A stretch of 63,875 bases of DNA, counting the filler, from Trichomonas gallinae (Eukaryota): NCBI GenBank assembly GCA_008369845.1. It is 9 parts of 9 records of this genome, joined end to end, with 100 filler letters (N's around TTAATTAATTAA, not from the genome) between each part and the next. Parts side by side here need not be neighbours in the genome. Positions count along the whole stretch, not along the records: positions 50,332 to 56,610 come from MRSU01000178.1; positions 56,711 to 58,930 come from MRSU01000187.1; positions 59,031 to 60,870 come from MRSU01000194.1; positions 60,971 to 62,226 come from MRSU01000205.1; 5 more parts are not named here. One strand, 5' to 3'. This document shows positions 51,060 through 62,226 of the stretch, in pieces. How positions within the stretch are numbered: the first letter of the stretch is position 1; each line of letters opens with the position of its first letter. The notes beneath the pieces are model-generated. The model saw only the letters and a program-made list of their open reading frames with translations, searched no databases and was not told the DNA's origin. A program made the position numbers and the translations under genes.

Positions 51060-53750
51060 ATGCTTTTATTCGTTATATTGCCTACACTTATTTCATCATT
51101 AAGTTTTGGCAACTACGCAATTGTTCTCGACTCAGGTGGGGAGAGCTACAGTATTACTAGCTCATCTATCTGCGTTATTGCAAATCCTTCAGATTTTACA
51201 ATTGCAATCGACGAGGGACTTACTAAAGTATCAGACAACACTTATGAGACAGGAACAAAATCGGGGACATTAGTATTTTTGCCTAAAAATGGAAAAAAGA
51301 AGTTAGTTATATCAATATTCGCGAAATCTACATTTGCATGCGAAGAATTTAAATACTTATATGATGCGTTTGCGTATTATACAATATCAAGTGATCAAAT
51401 GCAAGTAGGTTCATCGAAGTGTATATTTTTTAACTTATATTACGATTCTATTTATAATATCGAAATAACTAACATACCAAATGATTATTCGCTACTAATC
51501 AAAGATATAAACGGTAATTTAATTTCATCTCAATTAGCAAATTCAGCAAAAACACAACGAGGATACTATTTAATCGCAGAATTAGTTACAGGGACTTCAG
51601 AACCTTTGGGAAACATTGTTATTCAATCAAGACCAAATCAATTCGATTCTTTATTTACAAAAACAATAAATTTACATAGTGAAATCTTCTTACCATCTAA
51701 ATCTATCTTTGTTGCACACAATCCTAAAAAATTTACGTTTACATACGCTGGAACAAATTTAAATCAAAATTATATTCAAACCGATTCATATTCTAAGGTT
51801 ACTGTTGACTGCACACAACCACATACATTAGTTTACACCATATATTCTATCAAAGATTTAACGTGTAGTACTCTTGATATTTATGCAGGTTCTTATTCTA
51901 GCTTAAACATACAACAGAACACGGGAAATATTACATTCACTCCTAGACAGAAACATTGCTACCTATTTACATCAGTAGATTTACTAAATTATTCGATCTA
52001 TACATATAATCATACAGAAGCTCAAACAATTTCGATATATGACGATAACAGACAGTTTATAAACGAAATATTTGTCGATGAAGGTGTGCAATTAATAGGG
52101 AATAGCGTATTTTTAATTTTGAATTCAAATATAGATCAAACTTATTCAAAGTTCTCAGGTTTATTCTCATCAATATATAAAGCAAATCAAATGAGACAAT
52201 CAGAGACATTCTTAGAAACAAAAATTATTACAGAAAAATCTTTTGCGATTCCATGGACAAATATTGATCCAGTAAACAAAACAATAAAAATAGAATGGAA
52301 TTCCTTACATTTCACAACAGGATCCTTTGTCCTTCCTTTATCTAATGAAGCTAGATTCAATTTTCCTGATTATTCAGTTGTTGTTTTTCACAATCCAAAA
52401 CAATTTACAGGAAAACTTTCGTATTCAGAAGTCCAAAATTTTGATGTGCTCGGCAGCACTAAATATGTCGGCATCAATCTCACGAGCTCGTATTCTATAC
52501 AGATAAAGCCATCTTCCCCATCATTGATAGCTTTTTCTGTCATAGACTATAACAAAAATAGTTTTACTTTTTGTAATACTTTTGACATTTATATGGGCGG
52601 AGAAACATATTATGCCAAAACCGCAAGCGGAGTAAAACCACCTCAAAAAGCTAATATGACTTTAGCACGCGTAACTAATACATGCATTTGGTTCTTATCA
52701 TCAAAAATGCAGTTGATGCAAGTAGATGCAAACGGTTTGAACGGGGATTCTTTTGTTACTTACAACAGCGAATTAAAGGCGATAAACAATTTTGATGGAA
52801 CAATAAATGAAGCTTTTGCATCAAAGAGTTTCATTGCATCATTTTCAACTGCAAATGTTGAGCACAAAGGCTATATTTACGCGGAATTGATATCAACTCC
52901 TGAAACCCAAAAACTTGAAATACAAAATGAGATCAATGGACTTATAAAAGGCGATACATCATATCTATCCGATGAAACATTTTTGAGTGGCTCTAGCTCA
53001 AACTATGAACTATTCAGTAAATATGATCAGACAGGTCCAAAAGAACCAGAATACTCTATTGTTAAATTAGTTTCGTTGATCGTTTTCGCATGCTTAGCAG
53101 TGATTTTCGTTTCGATTCTCGCTGCTGTCACTATTTATAAAAAGAAAAAGAAAGAAAGAGAAATCATGGAAGAAGGCGAAGACCACGAGATCGAAGGAAG
53201 TGATGATGCAAACACGAACGCATCACCAAATAACACGACTCGTACACAAGCACGAAGAAACTCTGCTCCACCGATAGAAGATCCCAACGATACAATTTCG
53301 AATACAGGAAGAAGGCACAGAGGTGATCGTCATCATCATAGCAGCAGAAGAGAGTCATATCATGGTGGAAGAAGAGACTCACATCATAGCGGAAGAAGAG
53401 ACTCCCACCATACTGGCCGAAGAGAGACATACCACGGGGGTCCAAGAGATTCACATCATAGTGGACGAAGAGAGTCAATTGATTATAGACCACAATCATA
53501 TGATCCGAGGAATCCACCACAGCTTGAAATCGACTTCAGGCAGCCAGGAATGCCTGATTTCACAAAGTCCGCTGTTTCGCCTCCTGCAGCGATGTGCGTC
53601 ATACCGCAGAATTCTCACAGTTCAATCACTCCTTACATATCGATGCAACCAAGCTTCGGAACATTGCAGAAAGTTGATTCTACTTTTAATCCATTCGAAA
53701 TCGCTTCTGATGCATTTGAAATCGAAAATCCATATAAGACTCGGAATTGA
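51060..53750 (+). CDS. Type I transmembrane surface protein with repeat-containing cytosolic tail
   Basis: Signal peptide MLLFVILPTLISS, a ~660-aa S/T/N/Y-rich ectodomain, TM LVSLIVFACLAVIFVSILAAVTIY with KKKKK stop-transfer, and a tail with RR(E/D)SHH repeats and NPF/NPY motifs. Confidence 0.87.
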   Translation: MLLFVILPTLISSLSFGNYAIVLDSGGESYSITSSSICVIANPSDFTIAIDEGLTKVSDNTYETGTKSGTLVFLPKNGKKKLVISIFAKSTFACEEFKYLYDAFAYYTISSDQMQVGSSKCIFFNLYYDSIYNIEITNIPNDYSLLIKDINGNLISSQLANSAKTQRGYYLIAELVTGTSEPLGNIVIQSRPNQFDSLFTKTINLHSEIFLPSKSIFVAHNPKKFTFTYAGTNLNQNYIQTDSYSKVTVDCTQPHTLVYTIYSIKDLTCSTLDIYAGSYSSLNIQQNTGNITFTPRQKHCYLFTSVDLLNYSIYTYNHTEAQTISIYDDNRQFINEIFVDEGVQLIGNSVFLILNSNIDQTYSKFSGLFSSIYKANQMRQSETFLETKIITEKSFAIPWTNIDPVNKTIKIEWNSLHFTTGSFVLPLSNEARFNFPDYSVVVFHNPKQFTGKLSYSEVQNFDVLGSTKYVGINLTSSYSIQIKPSSPSLIAFSVIDYNKNSFTFCNTFDIYMGGETYYAKTASGVKPPQKANMTLARVTNTCIWFLSSKMQLMQVDANGLNGDSFVTYNSELKAINNFDGTINEAFASKSFIASFSTANVEHKGYIYAELISTPETQKLEIQNEINGLIKGDTSYLSDETFLSGSSSNYELFSKYDQTGPKEPEYSIVKLVSLIVFACLAVIFVSILAAVTIYKKKKKEREIMEEGEDHEIEGSDDANTNASPNNTTRTQARRNSAPPIEDPNDTISNTGRRHRGDRHHHSSRRESYHGGRRDSHHSGRRDSHHTGRRETYHGGPRDSHHSGRRESIDYRPQSYDPRNPPQLEIDFRQPGMPDFTKSAVSPPAAMCVIPQNSHSSITPYISMQPSFGTLQKVDSTFNPFEIASDAFEIENPYKTRN
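53346..53477 (+). repeat. 24-bp coding tandem repeat encoding RR(E/D)(S/T)(H/Y)H(G/S/T)G, ~5.5 copies
   Basis: AGAAGAGAGTCATATCATGGTGGA / AGAAGAGACTCACATCATAGCGGA / AGAAGAGACTCCCACCATACTGGC and further variants. Confidence 0.9.
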
Positions 53751-54071
53751 TATACGTACTGTAAGTTCTTAAGTATTTATTTGTATTTTTATTTATGTAT
53801 AAACATGTGATCATTTTACGGAAATATTTTTTTTTTTTGGAAATAAGTAATAACTATTAAGCGGCGAATTTCAATGCGAAACTATTACTATAGGCAAAAG
53901 TATTGGTCACTCATATCAGCTACATCAGCTTCCATGGAAGCGTTTTAACTGGATTTGTAAACCTAAGAAATTCACTCCTTAATTAATTAATTGTGATTTA
54001 ACATGGAATTGTTTTACGATAAAAAAAAAGATGAGAAGCCAATAATAACTAGTGCGATGATGATTAATTAT

Positions 54072-55929
54072 TTAAAATAATGACGACAGTGATGATAAGA
54101 GAAGTAATATGAAGTTTGAACGGACTATAGAACCAGCAAAATCGATACCAAGATGTTTGATCATGTTAACATTGAAATCATATGTCATCGGTGGGAGTTC
54201 CCAAGATGAAATGATTGCTAGATTAAATCCATTTTGTTTTAGCATCTCAATTACAGATTGATCGTTGTTTAAGACGTATATATTATTAAAGCTATAATTA
54301 TCTTGTTTCTTGAAATATACTAATTTGTCTGAAAGATACAAAACTTTTAAGTTGGGGCAGCCTGAGAATGCGTTATCGTATATTTTTATTACATTATTTA
54401 AGACTAATGTCTCCAGATTTTCTGAACCAGAGAACGCAAAACGCCTGATGAAATTGCTTCCAGAACGCAAATAGTTGTGATTACTTTTAGCAGCATGAAA
54501 ACGCAATGTGGAATAATCACCAGAATAAAAGATTAATGAATCATTAATTGCTTTATAATTACCATATTTAAAATTACCAATTGATGTTAATTTAGGATAA
54601 TCACCAAAAGGATACTCTCCATTAAAAATATATTTGAATTTGATATTCATAACTTCCAGATTATTGCAGTCATAAAAAGCTTTATCTCTTAAAACATTAA
54701 TGCATTCAATACTGATTGTTTTTAGTTTTATACAATTGGAAAATGCCTCGATTCCAATGTAATCTAAATATCCTGTGGATACAAACTCAGTGATTGATTG
54801 GCAGTCTTTAAAACAATAATCTTGAATGATTTTTGTATTCTGATCGAGATGAAAGACACTACTATTTCCATTGTAAACAAATGCAACTGAAAAATCTTTA
54901 CTGTAAATCATTCCATCCTTTTCAATTAAATATTCACTAGGAGTTTCAAAACTAAAGTTTTGGGAACCTAGTCGTGAAAAGTTCTTTATGCTTTTCGGTA
55001 AATGAAGATTTACTTTCGTGCCTTTAAATGCATAAGAACCGATAGATTCGAGCTGTGACGCCGATTCGAAATTACATGTTTTTAAATTAGTGCATCCTGA
55101 AAATGCATTTTCAGAAATATGAGTTACGGTTGCAGGAATAGTAATGCTTATAAGATTTATACATGAAGCAAATGAATTTTTTTCCAATTCTTTGTAGATG
55201 ATTAGGAAATTGAACACTGCTTATATTATAATTTTTATAAAAGCAATAATCTTGAATAATTCTGACACTATTTGGTATAGTAATGCTCTGTGAGGGTCCA
55301 CTATAAATAAAAAGTATTCTTTTGTCTTGACTGTATAGAAAGTCACCATCTTGATTCAAATATTGGCTACTGTCAAGTGCATAGTTATCTATGCCAAAAC
55401 GGGTGATATTTGAGACACTTTTTGGAATTTTAAAATTTTGTATATTTGTTCCAGAAAATGCATTGAATCCAATATATTCCAAATTTATTGGAAATTTTAA
55501 TTCTTTTAGCCCTAAACAAGAAGAAAAAGTGCTTTCATGAATATATCTAAGATTTTGAAGCATAGAAAGGTCGATGGATTTGATACCGGAACAACTACCA
55601 AATGCAGCTTTTCCTATATGTTGTAGATTTGGTGGTAGATTTAGAGATTGAACACGTTCGCAATTAGAAAAAGCATTGTTCCCAATCGAAGTTAAATATT
55701 TGCATTTTGATAAATCTATGCTGGATAAATTAGTGCACTGAATGAATGCATAGTCTTCAATTGTTTGCAATTTTGGATTTGCGTTAAATGAAAATGAAGT
55801 TAGAATATCTATGCAATCTTGAAAGGCATTTGGCCCAATAACCGTTATTTCATCATCAATAATATAATTCTGAGTACATATAATAACTTGCGAAAGTCGT
55901 GTTGAAACCAATGCTAGACTAAAAAGCAT
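54072..55929 (-). pseudogene. BspA-like leucine-rich-repeat (TpLRR/LRR_5) surface protein split by a single frameshift
   Basis: Repeats such as LQTIEDYAFIQCTNLSSIDL and VTHISENAFSGCTNL occur in both ORFs 55111..55929 and 54072..55217. Removing one A from the A7 run (55177-55183) gives ...LQRIGKNSFASCINL... in one frame. Signal-like N-terminus and hydrophobic C-terminus. May be a sequencing error. Confidence 0.85.
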
Positions 55930-56582
55930 TTTCTGAATATGATTAAAATTTTAGAACAATAACGATTAAAAATCACTCAATTTATTTTATTTTTAAAGGA
56001 TTTACCACTTTTTGACCGAAGATAATAGAATGGCTTTATATATTTATTCCTAATTCTTGTATTTTTGTAAATTTAACGTACTTTATTTAATTTTATCGTT
56101 AATATTGAATGCGAATTTATATTTTAAAATTAATACTATGACAGATTTAGTATTTTTTTTTGAAATAAATCATTTTCAATTTTGAGAACAATAATTATTT
56201 GTAAATTAAATTTATATAATCATTTATAATTATTCTCAAAATTAAATCGTTATAACAATACAAATTAATCATCAAAAAACTATATCGTTCAAAATCATTC
56301 AATAATTTGTCATATCATGCAACTATTTATAGTGATATATATTATTGTTTTTGACAAATAAATTTACATTGGCAAAAATAACTTAATTGCTGAAAATCGA
56401 TTGTCCCTGCTAAATATACTTGTTTACTGCATCTATATATTTATTTAAAAACAAAAGAGTCAAAAAATTTTTTTTATCCCAAAATTAACATTGCGTACCA
56501 GTATTAATTAGTCGAATATTTGACCTCTATACGAGTCCAAATATCTATGGAATTACACAAACAAAAGAGGTATTGAAACCTG

Positions 56583-56608
56583 TTTTTTTTTTTTTTTTTT
56601 TTTTTTTT
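56583..56608. repeat. Poly(T) run, 26 nt, at contig end
   Basis: Directly visible homopolymer. Confidence 0.9.
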
Positions 56609-56610
56609 GT

Positions 56611-56710
56611 NNNNNNNNNNNNNNNNNNNNNNNNNNNNNNNNNNNNNNNNNNNNTTAATTAATTAANNNNNNNNNNNNNNNNNNNNNNNNNNNNNNNNNN
56701 NNNNNNNNNN
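56611..56710. other. Assembly gap/linker
   Basis: N44-TTAATTAATTAA-N44. Confidence 0.97.
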
Positions 56711-57326
56711 ATTAATCAGATGGACATAAAAATGATACTTTAGAACTTTGAGATCTCAAATCCTATCACAAAGCCAGAAAGCGAGTTGAATCACTTCTGA
56801 TAAATCAAAAAGAAGTTGTTAAGGAAATTCTTATATTTCAATCATTATATATCATTCAACACTACATATTACATCAAATACATATAATTACATTAAAATT
56901 GTTGAAAAAATTCAATTAGAAATAAACTGCGTTCCAAAAGTCAGTTTTGGCCAAAAATTTGATAATTCTCATAGAATAATTCAATGAGTAGTATTGAAAA
57001 AGCTGTCACTTTTCAGACCTGACTTATGAAACAACATAGAATTATTTGGTAATTTTGTGCAATAAATCTGTATAAATTATTAATATCGATTATTAGTTGC
57101 ACGAATATTAAGTTTACGAATGGATTTCATTCGGAAAGTACCAATAATTGATAAGTGTTAACTGGTAGCCCAATTTATGGTACATTTATGTGACCTTTCG
57201 CTTATATGTAAATAACAACTGTTACTATTCAGGAATAATAGATCTTATTTCATCATCGTTGAATTAACTTGCAAATCATTGCATTTAATTTTATACATAA
57301 AAAAGCTAAAAAATTATAGTATAATT

Positions 57327-58331
57327 TTATCGAGATTTCCTAAAAATACGGATTTTTGAATAGTGCATCATACATGTGGGACATATATCATTTACAGAGT
57401 TGAAATTGCATTCATGTGTTCTATAGAAATTAAAGTTAATTCCAATTGGATTACCTGCATTATTTGTTGTTCTAACAGTACCTAATGTCGTGATAGACCC
57501 AACAGAGAAATAACATTCGGAAAGGGTAATTTTTCCATCGAAAATTTTGAATATCAAGTTTGGTGATTTATTTCTATCAACATTGTCAATAAAATTGCAT
57601 TGCGACACATCAGTGTTATAATATGATTCTATTAATATATAGATTTCATTTTCGATAAAGTTACATTTTTCGATTTTTGATGGAATACTACTACCATAAG
57701 AAAAAAGATAATTCCCTACAAAGCATTTGAAATGACAGTAATCTATGATGCTTTCATGTTTATTAGGAAATGATCCTAAAATTCCCTTGAAGTCGCTGAT
57801 TGAAGAAATGTTACTATTTGTGAATCGATGATTGTCTTTATTGTTTTCATAAAATAACACTAAAGTTGAATCTGAAGCTGCATGAATTGTTTTACAAATT
57901 GATAGATATTGTTTGACATTCGTATTAGAATATGTATGTGAATGGTATCCTACAATGGAAGTTTCAAGTTCTTCACTCGTTGTGCAGTTATATGAGCACA
58001 CTTTGTTCTGAAAACAACTATCACCGAAGTTGAAATTGATATTTAGGCCCGATGAATCAGTATTGGGATCAATAATTTTATTATTCACAAAAACGCATTC
58101 TTCAATTAATAAATTAACATGAAGCTCTTGATAGATGCGAACATTAATAGACCTGGCTTCCATTGAAATAAATCGACAATTAAAAATGGAGTAATTTGCG
58201 ATGTCATTTTCGTTCTGAATCGCATAAGTAGATAATTGGATGTAGACTTTATTTTCATAAGTTCGGTGTTCTGTATCGCCATAAAATTCGCTCCATTCTT
58301 GAGAAAAGATTGAAGTAAAAATAGCAAGCAT
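57327..58331 (-). CDS. Hypothetical secreted-type protein with CxF(I)xN repeats (possible parallel beta-helix)
   Basis: Short signal-like MLAIFTSIFS and recurring motifs IFNCRF, IEECVFVNN, IDYCHF, IEKCNFIEN, VSQCNFIDN and LSECYF. Confidence 0.75.
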   Translation of the reverse strand: MLAIFTSIFSQEWSEFYGDTEHRTYENKVYIQLSTYAIQNENDIANYSIFNCRFISMEARSINVRIYQELHVNLLIEECVFVNNKIIDPNTDSSGLNINFNFGDSCFQNKVCSYNCTTSEELETSIVGYHSHTYSNTNVKQYLSICKTIHAASDSTLVLFYENNKDNHRFTNSNISSISDFKGILGSFPNKHESIIDYCHFKCFVGNYLFSYGSSIPSKIEKCNFIENEIYILIESYYNTDVSQCNFIDNVDRNKSPNLIFKIFDGKITLSECYFSVGSITTLGTVRTTNNAGNPIGINFNFYRTHECNFNSVNDICPTCMMHYSKIRIFRKSR

Positions 58332-58930
58332 TGAAATTTTGTCAGTTTTTGTCAACTCAATTTTTCAAATAATTATATGTATTATATCAAAATTAATTTT
58401 AATGAATTCATTTTGTTAATTATTTTCAGCTTCATCATCTTTTAAAAAAAGGGGGGAAACTCTTTTTTCTGAGAATACTTGAGGTCGATACTTTAGATAT
58501 AGCTTCTATAGGCCTACAGGAATAAGATACCTTAGGCGAGCATCGCAATACAAATTTATAATTTCGAGAAATGATGCATGAAATTTCTAAGATTTTTAAG
58601 AACCTTATTTCTAAGTATACTTTCGCGCGCTGCTAAAACTCTAATATTTGCATGCTGATGTGTTGCAAATAACAGCCCTAACAACAATATGATTGCACAA
58701 TAACTTATCTTATTTTAATTGCGTTTCATATTGATAATAACAAATTTAAACTTTCTGTGTTTAAATCTCCGCATTTATAAACACATACACCAACATAAGT
58801 GATATAATTCATTTGCTAATCTGAAACAATCTGATTACCAATAATTTTTTTTACGAAAATATTAGACTTGACATTTTTTTCGATAACATGATGCATATCA
58901 ATCTGATGTACTGAATCCAGATAAAATATG

Positions 58931-59030
58931 NNNNNNNNNNNNNNNNNNNNNNNNNNNNNNNNNNNNNNNNNNNNTTAATTAATTAANNNNNNNNNNNNNN
59001 NNNNNNNNNNNNNNNNNNNNNNNNNNNNNN
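58931..59030. other. Assembly gap/linker
   Basis: N44-TTAATTAATTAA-N44. Confidence 0.97.
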
Positions 59031-59269
59031 GTAATTATGTTATCAATCCTAGAGTAATACTATAAATCATCGATTAAGGCAAATCTAATGAAAAATTATA
59101 AGAAATCATTCGATGAAACGGCGTTGCATGCATACAACTGTATTTCCATGAATAAAATCAGAAATTTTAAATCTAATATAATATCCATCTTCTGCCTCAT
59201 CACGAAAGGAGTTTATTTAGAAAAATAAAACTAATATCCAACATTAAGTATGGAATATGGATATTATTA

Positions 59270-60364
59270 CTATAATATATCATCTGCTTGAGGAAGACCT
59301 GATCTGAGAGAATCTTGATTTCTAAGCTCTAGAAACTGATTTATTAAATTTTGTAAATCGATTCTTGTAACTTGTATTTCCACAGGAGGTGAAGCATTTA
59401 TTTTTTTTAGTTTTTCACGTAATTCTGATTGATCTAAATGGTTTGATGATTGTGATTGTTCATCTACAAGATTGTAAATTTCATTTAGTAGTTCAAATTG
59501 TTGTTGGGAAATTGATTTATATCGTAGTATATAAAGAGCGATGCTTATGACATCGTCTATTTCAGTTGGCCCGGACAAGAAATATTGATGACGAGTGTAT
59601 AACGTATGCAACCCTTTGATAGAGATGATAAAAAGGGCTACCATCAAACATGAATATATAGTTTTCATAAAGCTAGAACCAAAAGCTATTGCATACCAAT
59701 TAAAACTAATTTTCAGAGAATTCCAAGCTTCTTGAAGAAAAATGTTCTTACCATAATTATGTTTAGCAGCATCAGCAACAATTTCACTAAATAACTCAAG
59801 TGCGAGAACAAAAAGGAAAGCCAAAAAAACATATAAAGTATTTGGTGGTTTCATATCATCGCTAATGAATATATTTGAAAAGCCTGCTATTGCACCAAGA
59901 ATTCTAGAACCAGTATGCATTGCAAGCTGCCAATTTGTTTCTGGCTGTTCTACAAAATAGCGTAATTTCAGAATTAATAACGCAAATTGTACATTATATT
60001 TATTCAAGTTCTGTGCGTTGACAAAAAATATTTGTGATACTGCTGAGTAAAAATTGTACAAAGCTCTTAATAATGCACTCTCTGTATGATATGCTAGAAA
60101 ATAATCTTCTGGTATAAAATACTTTTTGAAATGCAAAGATGAACAAAATTGTGTTTGCCTTTCTAAAACTCCGTTTAAGTTTGGATGCCTCAATAAAAGT
60201 TTGTATAAATCTTCAAAAGCCGTTCTTAAGCGCGCTGCTGTTCCATATCTTACGTATAATTCCTCATCATTGAGAGGAATATGCGCGTATATTGCATATA
60301 ATTCCTCATTACTGAAAGGAGCATGCGTGTGTATTGTATATGTATCAATATTAAATGATGCCAT
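59270..60364 (-). CDS. Hypothetical multi-pass membrane protein (~364 aa)
   Basis: Long ORF with hydrophobic segments (ILGAIAGFSNIFI, LYVFLAFLFVLALELF, IYSCLMVALFIISI). First ATG in AAAA-ATG context. Confidence 0.72.
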   Translation of the reverse strand: MASFNIDTYTIHTHAPFSNEELYAIYAHIPLNDEELYVRYGTAARLRTAFEDLYKLLLRHPNLNGVLERQTQFCSSLHFKKYFIPEDYFLAYHTESALLRALYNFYSAVSQIFFVNAQNLNKYNVQFALLILKLRYFVEQPETNWQLAMHTGSRILGAIAGFSNIFISDDMKPPNTLYVFLAFLFVLALELFSEIVADAAKHNYGKNIFLQEAWNSLKISFNWYAIAFGSSFMKTIYSCLMVALFIISIKGLHTLYTRHQYFLSGPTEIDDVISIALYILRYKSISQQQFELLNEIYNLVDEQSQSSNHLDQSELREKLKKINASPPVEIQVTRIDLQNLINQFLELRNQDSLRSGLPQADDIL

Positions 60365-60870
60365 TTTTTTTTCTGCTGTCAAAGAAATTGCTGATTCGTA
60401 AACTATTCAATTAATAACTTTTATATGCCGTTTTTTCCCCTATCTATTAAATAAATTTTTGCTATGCAAATCCTCTCAATTATTCGGTCGGTGTCAGAAA
60501 TTTAGAATGCATTCTCTTCAGGATAAATAGCATTTATTCATCATATAATTGATGTGTGTCGCTTAATTTTCGATTTTCTAAATTTCTGACACGAACTCTA
60601 GCAAAATCTTTTTTGAAAGGATACTGAGTCTCTAGCTCGTTGTCTACTTATTTCGTTATAAATAGTAGCATGAATTGCTGAATTTGTTCATCAATGATGA
60701 GCATTTAGTAGGAGGAGTGAGTATATATATGAAAAGCTTTTTAATTACTAAATCACGTACTTAATCATAATTGTAATCATGTACAAGCTCGAAAAAGTCT
60801 TATTTTATAACTACATGCCGAATAATTTCCCAAGATACGAATCAGATCTCGAAAATGCGGTTCATTCACA

Positions 60871-60970
60871 NNNNNNNNNNNNNNNNNNNNNNNNNNNNNN
60901 NNNNNNNNNNNNNNTTAATTAATTAANNNNNNNNNNNNNNNNNNNNNNNNNNNNNNNNNNNNNNNNNNNN
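60871..60970. other. Assembly gap/linker
   Basis: N44-TTAATTAATTAA-N44. Confidence 0.97.
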
Positions 60971-60971
60971 G

Positions 60972-61041
60972 GCGATTTTTGGTAAGACTTTTGAGAGAAT
61001 TGAGCTTCGCTCAATTCTCTCAAAAGTCTCCCGAAAATCGC
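60972..61041. repeat. Inverted repeat/hairpin: perfect 21-bp stem (60985-61005 / 61009-61029), 3-nt loop, imperfect extension
   Basis: AGACTTTTGAGAGAATTGAGC-TTC-GCTCAATTCTCTCAAAAGTCT, flanked by GCGATTTT...AAAATCGC. Confidence 0.95.
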
Positions 61042-61491
61042 AAAATTATATGACACTTCAAAATATAGCGAACCGGGGTTCAACATTTGTCAATATGACA
61101 CTTTACAAATTAAAGTTATGCATATTTTCCATCCATAAAAATGCACAATTATAATAAAAATAAAATAAACATATATTATACTTACTATATTTCGCATAAA
61201 AAGCTTTTGTAAAAAATGACACTTTTCGCTGCAAATTTTATGTATATTTTGACATGTAAATTGATAATAAAAGAGGGTATTATACCAGAAAAATGATATT
61301 TGTAATTTTGATACTTTACGTGACTGATTTTAAGAATCCTATGACATGAAAATAGAGAAAAATGAAGATTTACTAAATATTATAATAATAGTATACAAAT
61401 ATTTCATTTATGACAAGATTTTTCTATTTAAAGCTGAATATTAAAATTTCATTTTAATTAATTTGGGGTATATACAAAATTTTAGCTTATA

Positions 61492-62226
61492 GAGTTGTTG
61501 GACAAACCTGTCGGTCCGCGCCAAAAGTTGTGTAGATTCGGACAAAGTTGTCTGGAAAAGGAATAAAGCATAAAAATATATATATACTCATCTTATATAA
61601 CAAATAAACATATTTTTTGAAAAAATAATATATAGTTTTATTAATTTTCTTCTTCGTTTTCGTCTGCTCCATCTAGAGGAATACGATGATTGGTGCCTGT
61701 AGTAATGTGTGATGCCTGCTGCCTGAAATGCAGAGAGAATGTTAGAAATCGTGCAAGCTTGGTGATATGAATTAATTAATTGATTATTTGTTGAGTTTGC
61801 TTATTTAATTCTTCTTCGTTGTGAATACGACGAATAAGAGCTTATGCAACAGCAAATATCACCAGATCAAGCGGCTGCGTGATTTCTGTAGAGTGTGCAG
61901 GAAGATTATACCTCAGGAATCAACACTTCCTCTGCCCATCTGCCGAATAATCCAGCCTCGAAGAATCCGTTCTCTTACGTGTAGATTTGGACCTTGTCTG
62001 GAGTGTATCCATTGTGATACAACTCAATCTCCACTGTTTTTCACGGAACTACAATTGTGGGATTGAGATACGTTCAATCAGCAAAGATTCCTGCCAACAA
62101 GGTTGAGCGTTTTTCTTTGGCATTGACTGGTATGTTGATGTCTGCCCTGGGAAATCGAGTGGTACAACGCAGTTGATTTTTCGAGAATCAACCATGCTTT
62201 GGTATCCAGACTCATCGATATCACAG
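61492..62226 (-). mobile_element. Decayed pogo/Fot1-like (DDE_1) DNA transposon: transposase remnant plus candidate terminal repeat
   Basis: Minus-strand translation with stops and frameshifts gives DIDESG...KRSTLLAGIFAD*TYLNPTIVVP*K...ENGFFEAGLFGRWAEEVLIP...LPAHSTEITQPLDLVIF...HQACTISNILSAFQAAGI. A GC-richer block at ~61492-61555 is preceded by TA. Confidence 0.8.
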
